Positions 1 to 8,474 of a stretch of DNA of 18,818 bases are shown here, in pieces. The DNA lies in assembly GCA_038750655.1 (NCBI GenBank), contig JBCDGZ010000144.1, forward strand, positions 1 through 18,818. The letters are read 5' to 3'. The notes beneath the pieces were generated by a model that was not told where the DNA came from, did no database searches, and saw nothing but the letters and a program-made list of their open reading frames with translations. The stretch comes from Bacteroidota bacterium. Lineage in GTDB: Bacteria > Bacteroidota > Bacteroidia > Chitinophagales > Saprospiraceae. Position numbers and translations under genes: made by a program. Numbering within the stretch: the stretch's first letter is position 1; each line of letters begins with the position of its first letter.

Positions 1-173
1 GCTCCGCACTTTTTTTATCGTTTTACTGCGTTTACCCATTATTGTTCATCGTCAGGCCGTCTACCGTCCCCCCAAGCACCGCTGGTGCCGACCGTCCACC
101 CCCAGCGCCAATGGCGCGCCCCCCCCCCTTCCACAATTGGAACCCTGTCCGTATCATTGCAGTATAAAAAATA

Positions 174-591
174 CACTGCACACCACTCTATCGCGGTCCC
201 AGCTTGGTTGGGAATGAGGAAAGTCCGGACAACGTAGAGCACCGCACCATCTAACCGATGGGGTCTTGGCCTCGGCCAGGATACAGAAAGTGTCGCAGAA
301 AATTACCGCCCCGGCCCGGCCGGGGTAAGGGTGAAAACGTGCGGTAAGAGCGCACGCGGCAGGGTAGTAATATCCAGCCGGGATAAACCTTGCGGGTTGA
401 AATGCCATGTACACCCCGGTGCCAGCACTCCTTGGAAGGCTGGCGCTGAGTCGCTCGCTCAGTATTTCACCTCTTCGGAGGTGGAGCGTCGGGGGGGGTA
501 GGCAGATGGACCCTGCTGGTGACGGCAGGGCTAGATAAATGATAGAGCTTTCAGCAATGGAAGAACAGGATCCGGCTTATGGTTTGCAGTG
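174..591 (+). ncRNA. rnpB: RNase P RNA (bacterial type A), catalytic RNA subunit
   Basis: Seen in sequence: universal P4 motif GGAAAGTCCGGAC at about 217-229; AGGGTGAAAACGTGCGGTAAGAGCGCAC at about 328-355; 3' ACAGGATCCGGCTTAT at about 567-582. P1 pairing of 174-184 (cactgcacacc) with 581-591 (ggtttgcagtg). P2 pairing of ctctatc (187-193) with gatagag (541-547). A T7 run at 592-598 directly follows P1 and is consistent with termination. No credible ORF covers the region. Confidence 0.9.
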
Positions 592-610
592 TTTTTTTAA
601 ATCTTTTCCC

Positions 611-1849
611 ATGAGAAAATATACCTTACTTTTTATCCTCCTGGGCTGCACCGCCCTATCTACCCTGGCCCAGCCCGGCTGCACCGACCCCCTGGCCCTC
701 AACTACAGCCCCGAGGCCCAAACCAACGACGGCAGCTGCCAATACGCCACCACCACCTACGAGCTGCAACCCCGAGCCGAGCTGCCTAAAGAACTGCAAG
801 AATCCTCCGCCCTGCTCCACACCTCCCAGGGCCTATGGAGCCTCAACGATGCAGGCAACCGCCCAACGCTCTATCGCATCGATAGCTTGGAGGGGAGCAT
901 CGTTCAGCGGCTGCCCATCCGTGGTGTCAGCAACGTTGACTGGGAGGAGCTGGCGCAGGATGCTGCGCACCTGTATATCGGGGATTTTGGGAATAACTTT
1001 GGGAATCGCAGCAATTTGACCATCTATAAGGTAGCGAAAAGTGAGCTACAGAAAGATAGCGCCTCTGCGGAGGCCATTCGCTTTCGGTACAGCGATCAGA
1101 CCGACTTCACCAAACGACCCAATGCCAACGACTACGATTGTGAGGCGTTTTTCTTCTATCGCGATAGCCTCCACCTCTTTTCCAAAAATTGGATCAACGG
1201 ACAAACCCGGCACTATGTATTGCCTACTACGGTCGGCGATCAGGTAGCGCAATTGCGCGATTCTTTCGATGTATCGGGCTTGATCACTGGAGCGGATATT
1301 GATGAAAATGGGGGGGTGGTGCTGCTGGGCTACAGCGGCTTAATCAATTTCATGTGGCTGCTTTTTGATTATCAGGATAGTCGGTTTTTTTCGGGGAATA
1401 AAAGATTGATTAGTTTGGGAGGGCTGCTAACCAATGGGCAGACGGAGGGGATCGCTTTCAAGGGAGCAAACTTTGGCTATATTTCTTCGGAAGGGCTGTC
1501 GTTTGGTGGGATAGCATTGAGTCCTAAGCTGCAAACTTTTTCGGTAAAGCAATGGACGGAGCCGGAAATTGTGGCGACGCATTCGCCGCAGACAGCGTTG
1601 GAAGGTATCCGAGCAGTGCCGAATCCTTTTGATCGGAACCTGGGGCTGTACCTGCCCAAGCCGCTACCCGAGCCGGTGAGCTTGAGTTTGCACAACAGCG
1701 CAGGGCAACTGATGCTGAAGCGCGACTATTCCTCGCTGGCCTCCGGCCCCCTGGATTTACAGATTGCGGCGCAGGACTGGCCCCCGGGTGTTTATGTGCT
1801 GACCATTACTACTGGCGAGCAAAAACATCATCTACGACTTGTTCACTGA
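611..1849 (+). CDS. Secreted protein with T9SS C-terminal sorting domain; middle region possibly a YjiK/SdiA-regulated-like beta-propeller (tentative)
   Basis: The ORF track starts at 539, but 539-591 lies inside rnpB. ATG at 611 begins MRKYTLLFILLGCTALSTLAQ, a signal peptide with a possible LLGC lipobox or cleavage after TLA/QP. The C-terminal approximately 80 aa (…PGVYVLTITTGEQKHHLRLVH) matches the Bacteroidetes T9SS CTD pattern. The 3' end overlaps the convergent gene by 7 nt. Confidence 0.75.
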   Translation: MRKYTLLFILLGCTALSTLAQPGCTDPLALNYSPEAQTNDGSCQYATTTYELQPRAELPKELQESSALLHTSQGLWSLNDAGNRPTLYRIDSLEGSIVQRLPIRGVSNVDWEELAQDAAHLYIGDFGNNFGNRSNLTIYKVAKSELQKDSASAEAIRFRYSDQTDFTKRPNANDYDCEAFFFYRDSLHLFSKNWINGQTRHYVLPTTVGDQVAQLRDSFDVSGLITGADIDENGGVVLLGYSGLINFMWLLFDYQDSRFFSGNKRLISLGGLLTNGQTEGIAFKGANFGYISSEGLSFGGIALSPKLQTFSVKQWTEPEIVATHSPQTALEGIRAVPNPFDRNLGLYLPKPLPEPVSLSLHNSAGQLMLKRDYSSLASGPLDLQIAAQDWPPGVYVLTITTGEQKHHLRLVH

Positions 1850-4800
1850 ATGATTATTTTTCGAAATAGCTGCGCTTTCCCGTCACTCAAACGCAATAAG
1901 TACGCTCCTTTTGATAGCCAATCTAAATCGATAGCCAACCGAAAGGTGCCATTGTCTGCATTCAGCTCCCGTTGGAGGACTTCCTGTCCCAAAATATCGT
2001 AGATCCTCATCTCCAAAGGCTCTCCGCTTACCCCTTCCAAGATCAAATTAAACTGCCCCTTGTTGGGATTGGGAAATAGCTCAAAACGCTCTACAAAACT
2101 AGGTAGAGCAGTCGAAACCGTCATCAGCGTAATCGTTTCCATAAAAGTATCCCGTCCACAATCACTAATGGCAATCAAACGGATCGTGTAATCCCCGTCC
2201 GAGGCATAGGTGTGAGTGGGATTTGGTGCATTGCTGCTATTTCCATCACCGAATGTCCATTCGTAGCGGTCTGAATTAGTAGAAAGGTTAGTGAATTCCA
2301 GCACCAGCTGATCTGCTTCCTGAGCCGAGAAATTAGCCGTCGGAGCAGCCAATACCTGGACATATCCAGGTTCCAAAAGCGTATCGACACCCGCCGTATT
2401 TTCCACAATCAACTGCACATCATAACGCCCCGTATCTGCATACACCACCGTAGGATTTTGCTCCATAGAAATCTCTGGGACCGCACCAGGAAAGGTCCAC
2501 TGCCAGCTGATATTGGTACCGGAAGAAAGGTCGCTGAACTGCACCGTCAAAGGGGCGCAGCCCTCCTGATTGGTAGAAAAGGCGGCCTGCGGAGCAATAT
2601 TAGTATTAACGATTTGAATCAGGCTATCCTGCCCGCAGGCATTGGTGGCCAACAGGCGCACCTGGTATACACCCGCCTCCGCATAAGTATGCACAGGATT
2701 GCGTTCCAAGCTGCTGTTCCCATCCCCAAAATCCCAGTGATAACTGTTGGCATTATTAGAGTAATTGTCCAAACGGATTTCCTGCCCGTTTAGGGTACTA
2801 GTGAAGTTGACATTGGGCAAAGAGGTCTCATCGGTGATGATGAAGGCTTCTTTGTAAGATTGTAGGCTGCCCGCTGCGTTGGAGGCATTCAGGTAAACAT
2901 AATAAGTACCCGGCTCTTCGAAGGTAACCAACGGATTTTGTTCGGTAGAAACCTCCGGAGTTCCTCCACTAAAAAACCAAAACCATTCTTTGACATTAGC
3001 AGTAGACTGATCGAAAAACTGTACCGTTAGCGGAGCACAACCACTGGTAATGTCTGCGGTGAATTCTGGGATGGGCGGCGTCTGATCCGGCCCGATGATA
3101 ATGATCTGTTGGGAGGTATCGCTGCCACAACCATTGCTCACAATCTGCGTAACGGTATACACACCCGCCACAGGATATTTATGCGTAGGATTAGCCGACG
3201 TACTACTGGTACCATCGCCAAAGGCCCAGGAATAGGCAATGGCATTACTCGCTTGACTGGTGCTAGTGTAGGTAACTATTTCATCAAAAATAGCAGCACT
3301 AAAGCCAGCCTGCGGGGCCTGCTCATCTACAACAATCAACTGCTGCATCACCATACTGTCACTACCCGCACCATTGCTGACCACCAACCGTACATCATAC
3401 TCCCCTGGGAGCTCATAGCTCACCGTCGGCGCAGCTTCCGTCGAAGTCGCAGGCTGCCCTCCTTCGAAGGTCCACTGCCACTGCTCGACATTGGTCGACG
3501 ATTGATCGGTGAAGCGCACACTGAGTGGAAGACAACCGATGGCGGTATCGATAGCAAAGCCGGCGGCCGGCGGGACGAGTAGGGTGGTGTTGAGGTCAGT
3601 TAGGAAAATGGGCGATCCAGTCAGGGCGACAGCTTGACCAGTGATTAACGATTCTTGGCCGGTGGTGGAAAAATCCCAGGCTCGTCGCTCCACTTCGTCG
3701 ATGTTCATGGGCGCAGGGAAGGTATAAGTCGCCGCTGCCTCTTCTGAATTATCAATTGAAGTTTTGGCCCAGAGGACATAGGTGTAATGCCCATTGCGAT
3801 CGAGGAAGGCGGCACCGCCGATATTGTCGGGAAGCATCAGGGCATTGCTGCGGCCTTCGTCGTAGGTGGAGCCGAAGAGGAGATCAGAGGTGGTTTTGTA
3901 GGCAATCCCCAGGTCGTTGATCCGCTGATCGTAGGGGAAGGATTCAAAGAGCCGTTTGTAAAGGCCCATGACCTGAAATTCATTGACAGCATCCTCGATT
4001 TCGAAGGATTCGGCCATATCGAAGATGTGCATCTGTTGAATCTTGTTCTGCACGGCGGCGATGTAGGCTTTGATGATGAAGTTGACCTGTGCTTCGTCAG
4101 AGCCAATGAAATTGCCGAAGGCCCGGCGAGGGATATTGATCTCCGTGATGATCCATTCTTTTTCGGGGTAAGTATTGCCATCGTAGCCGTATTGCGATAG
4201 GACGCTTTGGAAGGTATCGCGGTTGAGTTGGATACTGCTGGCGGCCCGATCGGAATGGCGGTAGTAGTGAAATATCTGATTTTCCTGATCCCATTCTTGC
4301 ATGGAGCCATCGAAATGCGGGTAGGAGTGGATAGCGATGGCATCGAAATAGGCACCGCCTTGCAGTGGATAGTCGCCGTTGACGCTGCCGTCGGTGGGGT
4401 TATCGGTATTGCGCAGTATGGCGTCGAGAAAGCTGGTGAAGCCGACGCTGGCCAGGGTAACGTAGGCGTCGGGATCGATGGCCTTGATGATCTCATAGCT
4501 GATGCGCAGGGTACGGATGTAGTGAAAAATTGGTGCTCTCAGCTTATAGTCGCAAGGATCGGGATTGTTGTCCCACCAGTTGCCATCCTGTCCCTGCGGC
4601 AGATAGCCCGTAACGAAGGTATAATCAAAGCCGGGCTCGTTCCAGATTTCCCAGAACTTGGTTTTATCTTTCTGTAGGTGGACAATTTTGTATAAATAAA
4701 GGGCGAGGTAATTCTCATCATTTACGGGCGTTCCGTTTTCGCCATTGTCCCAAATGTCGGTGTAGAGGTTGGCAAACATCTCCGAGCGGTATTCCGGGCA

Positions 4801-5676
4801 GTGATGGGTGGTATCCTTGTGGGCGTCGGAGGGAAAGCCGACGATGACGGTGTTGTCTTCGAGGCCCAGGCTGGCGTAATGGTTGAAGGTTTCGACGCGA
4901 ATATCGTAGCCCCATTCTTCTAGGAAGCTTTCGTGTTGGGCGGGCCGTACGGACTTACAGCCCGCGCCGGGAACGTCGTAATCGGGGTTGCCGGCGGCAA
5001 TATCGGCGAGTTGTTCGTCTTGCCAGGGGGGGAAGTAGCCGAGGTTGGAGCCGGGGCGGAAGCCGCGGGTGTAGGGGTGGACGACATCGTTGGCGGTGTA
5101 GCCGACGGGGCCTGTAGGGCCGCCGAGGATCAGGATGTCCGACTGAACGACCGCACCGCAGTTGTTGGTCGCCTTTAGGCGGATAATGTAGACGCCGTCT
5201 TTATCATAAGTATGGGTAGGGGAGACCTCGTTGCTGAAGGTACCATCGCCAAATTCCCAAACAAATTCATTGACAAACTGGCTATTATTAGTGAAAGTAA
5301 CGGTGGTATTGGTCGTTTCGAAAGAAAAATCTACTACAGGACGTCGGTTTTTGATCGTTACATAGGCCTCCTTGAGTACGACAGAGCTGCTATCGACACT
5401 ATTGATACGTAGTTTGACGTCGAAAACACCAACAGAATCGTATTGTACCACCGGATTCTGCTCGTTGGAAGTAGCAGGCTGGCCACCGGGAAATTCCCAT
5501 TCCCAGCTGCTAATATCGCCGATCGAAGAATCGAAGAACTTAATGCTCAGCGGGGCGCAGCCACCGCGCAAGTCCGAGCCGAAATCAGCCTGCAGCGTCT
5601 CTCCTCCGCTGCGCTGCCCCATAAAGGCAGAGGTCAGACCAATCAAAATGAATAATAATAGAATATTTCTAATCAT
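1843..5676 (-). CDS. Large secreted multidomain glycoside hydrolase (clan GH-A TIM-barrel core) flanked by 8 PKD-like domains, with T9SS C-terminal sorting domain
   Basis: 1277-aa uninterrupted ORF. N-terminal signal peptide MIRNILLLFILIGLTSAFMGQ. PKD signatures such as WEFGDGTFSNEVSPTHTYDKDGVYIIRLKATNNCG occur twice N-terminally and six times C-terminally. The central region carries a clan GH-A acid/base-like FWEIWNEP and a nucleophile-like WIITEINIP. The C-terminus (…FELFPNPNKGQFNLILEG…AYLLRLSDGKAQLFRKIIIQ) is a typical T9SS CTD. Confidence 0.9.
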   Translation of the reverse strand: MIRNILLLFILIGLTSAFMGQRSGGETLQADFGSDLRGGCAPLSIKFFDSSIGDISSWEWEFPGGQPATSNEQNPVVQYDSVGVFDVKLRINSVDSSSVVLKEAYVTIKNRRPVVDFSFETTNTTVTFTNNSQFVNEFVWEFGDGTFSNEVSPTHTYDKDGVYIIRLKATNNCGAVVQSDILILGGPTGPVGYTANDVVHPYTRGFRPGSNLGYFPPWQDEQLADIAAGNPDYDVPGAGCKSVRPAQHESFLEEWGYDIRVETFNHYASLGLEDNTVIVGFPSDAHKDTTHHCPEYRSEMFANLYTDIWDNGENGTPVNDENYLALYLYKIVHLQKDKTKFWEIWNEPGFDYTFVTGYLPQGQDGNWWDNNPDPCDYKLRAPIFHYIRTLRISYEIIKAIDPDAYVTLASVGFTSFLDAILRNTDNPTDGSVNGDYPLQGGAYFDAIAIHSYPHFDGSMQEWDQENQIFHYYRHSDRAASSIQLNRDTFQSVLSQYGYDGNTYPEKEWIITEINIPRRAFGNFIGSDEAQVNFIIKAYIAAVQNKIQQMHIFDMAESFEIEDAVNEFQVMGLYKRLFESFPYDQRINDLGIAYKTTSDLLFGSTYDEGRSNALMLPDNIGGAAFLDRNGHYTYVLWAKTSIDNSEEAAATYTFPAPMNIDEVERRAWDFSTTGQESLITGQAVALTGSPIFLTDLNTTLLVPPAAGFAIDTAIGCLPLSVRFTDQSSTNVEQWQWTFEGGQPATSTEAAPTVSYELPGEYDVRLVVSNGAGSDSMVMQQLIVVDEQAPQAGFSAAIFDEIVTYTSTSQASNAIAYSWAFGDGTSSTSANPTHKYPVAGVYTVTQIVSNGCGSDTSQQIIIIGPDQTPPIPEFTADITSGCAPLTVQFFDQSTANVKEWFWFFSGGTPEVSTEQNPLVTFEEPGTYYVYLNASNAAGSLQSYKEAFIITDETSLPNVNFTSTLNGQEIRLDNYSNNANSYHWDFGDGNSSLERNPVHTYAEAGVYQVRLLATNACGQDSLIQIVNTNIAPQAAFSTNQEGCAPLTVQFSDLSSGTNISWQWTFPGAVPEISMEQNPTVVYADTGRYDVQLIVENTAGVDTLLEPGYVQVLAAPTANFSAQEADQLVLEFTNLSTNSDRYEWTFGDGNSSNAPNPTHTYASDGDYTIRLIAISDCGRDTFMETITLMTVSTALPSFVERFELFPNPNKGQFNLILEGVSGEPLEMRIYDILGQEVLQRELNADNGTFRLAIDLDWLSKGAYLLRLSDGKAQLFRKIIIQ

Positions 5677-5890
5677 AGTGCCAGGTAGTTTTCTGCCAGT
5701 ACAATCTAATCTAACCAGTTAGGAAGCGGGTATTAATTTATCGGTTTTGGAAACTCCAAATTATCCTTTAGGAGCTACTGTAAGGGGGGGATTCTTATAA
5801 ATCTGCCATAAATGTACCAATTTTTGAGTTAATTGCCCTCTAATTAGGGGACTACAAAGAATTAGTATTTACTAAGCGACAATTGTTGAC

Positions 5891-5927
5891 AAAAAAAGAT
5901 CAGAACCAGTGGGAACCAGTTCTGATC
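5891..5927 (-). terminator. Rho-independent terminator for the NfeD-flotillin operon (minus strand)
   Basis: Minus-strand RNA gaucagaacugg-uccc-ccaguucugauc forms a 13-bp stem including 2 G·U pairs, a 4-nt loop and U7 (plus-strand A-run 5891-5897). It lies about 95 nt downstream of the flotillin stop. The same pairing on the plus strand would need C·A mismatches, so it is strand-specific. Confidence 0.7.
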
Positions 5928-6020
5928 ACGGATTTTTGGAGTCATACCCAGATGAATGGTGGTAAAGATACCACTTGATCACAAAGCCTACAAAAAAAGA
6001 CTTTACGATCTATCTATCTT

Positions 6021-7454
6021 TTAAGCTTCATCTTCTGGAAGCTGTGGAATTTCAATTTCTACTTCTTCTGTATTATTTTTCGGGGTTTCCTTTTTGCCCA
6101 GATACTGTGGCAAATCCATCCCGGCCATATTGAACAGATCATTGAGCGGAGGAACAGACTTATAAAGGCCAGAGACGAACTTGGAAGTAGAATTTCCGTC
6201 TCCGTCATTGTTGCCGCCTTCCCAGACGGTAACCTTATCGATCTTGATGTTCTTAATGGCCTCCACCTGCGTAGCAACCAAATCTTCGAGCTTATCAGCA
6301 ATCAGCATCAATACTGCATCGCGACTGTTGCCTCCGGCAGCGTTGACAATTCGACCAAAACCTTCGGCTTGCTTACTGAGGACCTCAAACATACCTTTGG
6401 CCTCGGCTTCCTTCTTCAGGAAAATGGCATCTGCTTCCCCCTTCGCCAGGCGGCGAATCTGCTCGGCTTCCGCCTCCGCTTCAATGATTTGCTGTTGCTT
6501 GGAGATTTCGGCCTGAACGATAATATCAGCCTGCTTGGTGGCCATCTCCCGTTTGGCACGCGCTTCTTCTGCCTCTCTTTCCGCCTGATAGGCTTCTTCC
6601 AGTGCTTTGGCCGCCTGAATTTTCTCCGACGCTGTCGCTAGGCGCAGGGCCTCGGCCTCGCGCTGACGACGCTCTGCATTAGAATTCGCGATCTTGATTT
6701 GTGCCAGGTTTTCTCCATCAATTGATTTGGCATTAGCATCCGCCTCCCCGATCTTGGCATCTGCATCCGCAGAGGAAACCTGGATACGTTCATCCTTGTT
6801 AGCCATCGCCTCTCCAATCGAACCATCACGGTTTTTCTCAGCAACGCTCATCTTGGCGTCGTTGATCGCCTTGGCCGCCGCTTCCTTACCGAGGGCTGCG
6901 ATATAGCCCGATTCGTCTTGAATATCGGTGACGTTAACGTTGATCAGCTGCAAACCAATTTTCCGCAGTTCCGCTCCCACATTAGTAGATACATTGGAGA
7001 GGAATTTATCACGATCCGAGTTGATTTCTTCAATATCCATTGTCGCGACCACCAAACGCAGCTGTCCGAAAATAATATCCTTGGAAATGTCTCTAATGTC
7101 GTCGCTCGATTTGCCCAGTAGACGTTCGGCAGCGTTGAGCATAGTGCCCTCCTCATTGGAAATACCGACGGTGAAGCGCGAAGGGACATTGACACGGATA
7201 TTCTGTTTACTCAAAGCTCCCTTGAGGTCCACATCGATAGAAATAGGAGTGAGGTCGAGGTATTCATAATCTTGAATAACGGGCCAGACAAATGCGGCCC
7301 CCCCGGCGAGCGTTTTGGCCGAACCTTGACCAGTACGACCGTAAATGACCAGGATTTTGTCAGAAGGACAGCGCTTGTAGCGCGAAGCTGCCCACATAAG
7401 CATAAGGAGAATTAAACCAAGGATACCAAGAAAAAGGATCGGAATTGCCTGCAT
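6021..7454 (-). CDS. Flotillin-like SPFH/Band-7 domain protein (YuaG/FloT-like)
   Basis: 477-aa ORF with an N-terminal membrane anchor (IPILFLGILGLILLMLMWAA), an SPFH domain, and a long EA-rich coiled-coil (…EAEALRLATASEKIQAAKALEEAYQAEREAEEARAKRE…). Paired with an upstream NfeD-like gene, as in the B. subtilis yuaF-yuaG (floT) arrangement. Confidence 0.9.
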   Translation of the reverse strand: MQAIPILFLGILGLILLMLMWAASRYKRCPSDKILVIYGRTGQGSAKTLAGGAAFVWPVIQDYEYLDLTPISIDVDLKGALSKQNIRVNVPSRFTVGISNEEGTMLNAAERLLGKSSDDIRDISKDIIFGQLRLVVATMDIEEINSDRDKFLSNVSTNVGAELRKIGLQLINVNVTDIQDESGYIAALGKEAAAKAINDAKMSVAEKNRDGSIGEAMANKDERIQVSSADADAKIGEADANAKSIDGENLAQIKIANSNAERRQREAEALRLATASEKIQAAKALEEAYQAEREAEEARAKREMATKQADIIVQAEISKQQQIIEAEAEAEQIRRLAKGEADAIFLKKEAEAKGMFEVLSKQAEGFGRIVNAAGGNSRDAVLMLIADKLEDLVATQVEAIKNIKIDKVTVWEGGNNDGDGNSTSKFVSGLYKSVPPLNDLFNMAGMDLPQYLGKKETPKNNTEEVEIEIPQLPEDEA

Positions 7455-7554
7455 AATTTTTCGTTTTTTTGAAGTTCCATAATATAGCCCAACACCTAGC
7501 GGAGGGATAATACCATGCTATTATATTATTTATTGTTAAAGAATCTAAGTTGAA

Positions 7555-8166
7555 CTACTTCGTAGGATTGGCGTAGTCTGTAGCTGGTTCGACCAGTAGC
7601 AGATTTTCATCCAGAATTTTGACTACTTTCACCGGAACCCCCGTGGGGAGAGCATTCCCTTCTGTAATCGCATCCATCTCCTTGAGGGCACCCTGTATCT
7701 TGAGGTGAATCTTGCCGTAGCCATTCTTTTCTGCCGGAATCGTTAAATAGACCTCGCCAGTATTGAACAGCGCATCCCTGATGTCTATGTTGCCTTCTTG
7801 GGTCAGCTTGGAGAACATATAGATCATATATCCCACAATAACCATTGCTGCGGTGCCAAAAATAGTGGCTACAATCAGCGCCATTAGCGTAGAACCTCCA
7901 GAATTGAGCACTAGAACACCTGCCCAACCAAAAAAGGTGAAAAAAGCGATGATACCCCTTACAGATAGCAGCGTGAAGTCAGCGTCGAGGCTGTAATCTC
8001 CACCATCGACGTCGGAAGATACATCTATATCCGTATCGCCGTCGAAATCAAGGCCAACTAAACTCAGAACAAATTGAATGATAAAAAATACGCTAAAGAC
8101 AATAGATATGCCCCAGAATACCTGCTGTACACCACTCAAAGTGCTCCACCATTCACCTAGAAACAT
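7555..8166 (-). CDS. NfeD-like membrane protein (YuaF-like), partner of flotillin
   Basis: 203 aa. Several hydrophobic helices, an acidic DxD-rich loop (DFDGDTDIDVSSDVDGGDYSLDADF), and a C-terminal soluble beta-rich segment typical of the NfeD OB-fold. It sits 100 bp upstream of flotillin on the same strand. Confidence 0.75.
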   Translation of the reverse strand: MFLGEWWSTLSGVQQVFWGISIVFSVFFIIQFVLSLVGLDFDGDTDIDVSSDVDGGDYSLDADFTLLSVRGIIAFFTFFGWAGVLVLNSGGSTLMALIVATIFGTAAMVIVGYMIYMFSKLTQEGNIDIRDALFNTGEVYLTIPAEKNGYGKIHLKIQGALKEMDAITEGNALPTGVPVKVVKILDENLLLVEPATDYANPTK

Positions 8167-8462
8167 GCAACTGATGGTTTTGAATGAAATAATTTATGAC
8201 TGCCAAAACACATTTCAGTCCACCTTAAAGTTAAACAACTGCCTGTATTTTGTATAGCTTTTTACAAAAAATGCTCAGCCATATGCACTAAATATCTTTA
8301 AAAGCCCTCAATGATAGCAAAACTATCGACAAAAGGCTACTAAATTTCGGCTAATAGCTTTCTCCTTCGAAATATAGCCCCATTCCTTCGATGAAAGCGA
8401 GTGTAGAGGGGATAAGCTGCTAAAATTTCGGTGGTTCTTCGTTTCGGATTATTAATTCTTTG

Positions 8463-8470
8463 TAACTTTG
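8463..8470 (+). promoter_or_regulatory. Candidate Bacteroidetes -7 promoter box (TAACTTTG) for prs
   Basis: TAnnTTTG consensus match ending 4 nt before the prs ATG, which would imply a near-leaderless transcript. It lies in the divergent intergenic region shared with the NfeD gene. Confidence 0.35.
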
Positions 8471-8474
8471 CGCC

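Noticed and set aside
1-20. T7 run at the window start (possible terminator tail of an upstream gene)
   Set aside because: The putative stem would lie outside the window, so it cannot be evaluated.
39-414. Minus-strand ORFs of 67 and 86 aa
   Set aside because: They lie antisense within or adjacent to rnpB, in a GC-skewed region. They have no protein-like features and are explained by the RNA gene.
539-610. 5' extension of the 436-aa ORF (MIELSAMEEQDPAYGLQCFFKSFP…)
   Set aside because: It overlaps the 3' third of the RNase P RNA gene. A signal peptide begins exactly at the internal ATG 611, so the extension is an artefact of ORF calling through a structured RNA gene.
2175-5655. Many antisense or alternate-frame ORFs (65-219 aa) inside the 1277-aa gene, for example 3837..4496 and 4207..4677
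   Set aside because: They lie entirely within a long, domain-rich, well-supported CDS on the opposite strand or in another frame. Their products have low-complexity or odd composition typical of shadow ORFs.
6059-7269. Several 67-113-aa ORFs on both strands inside the flotillin gene
   Set aside because: They are shadow ORFs generated by the repetitive GCN-rich coiled-coil coding sequence. Flotillin in the minus frame is unambiguous.
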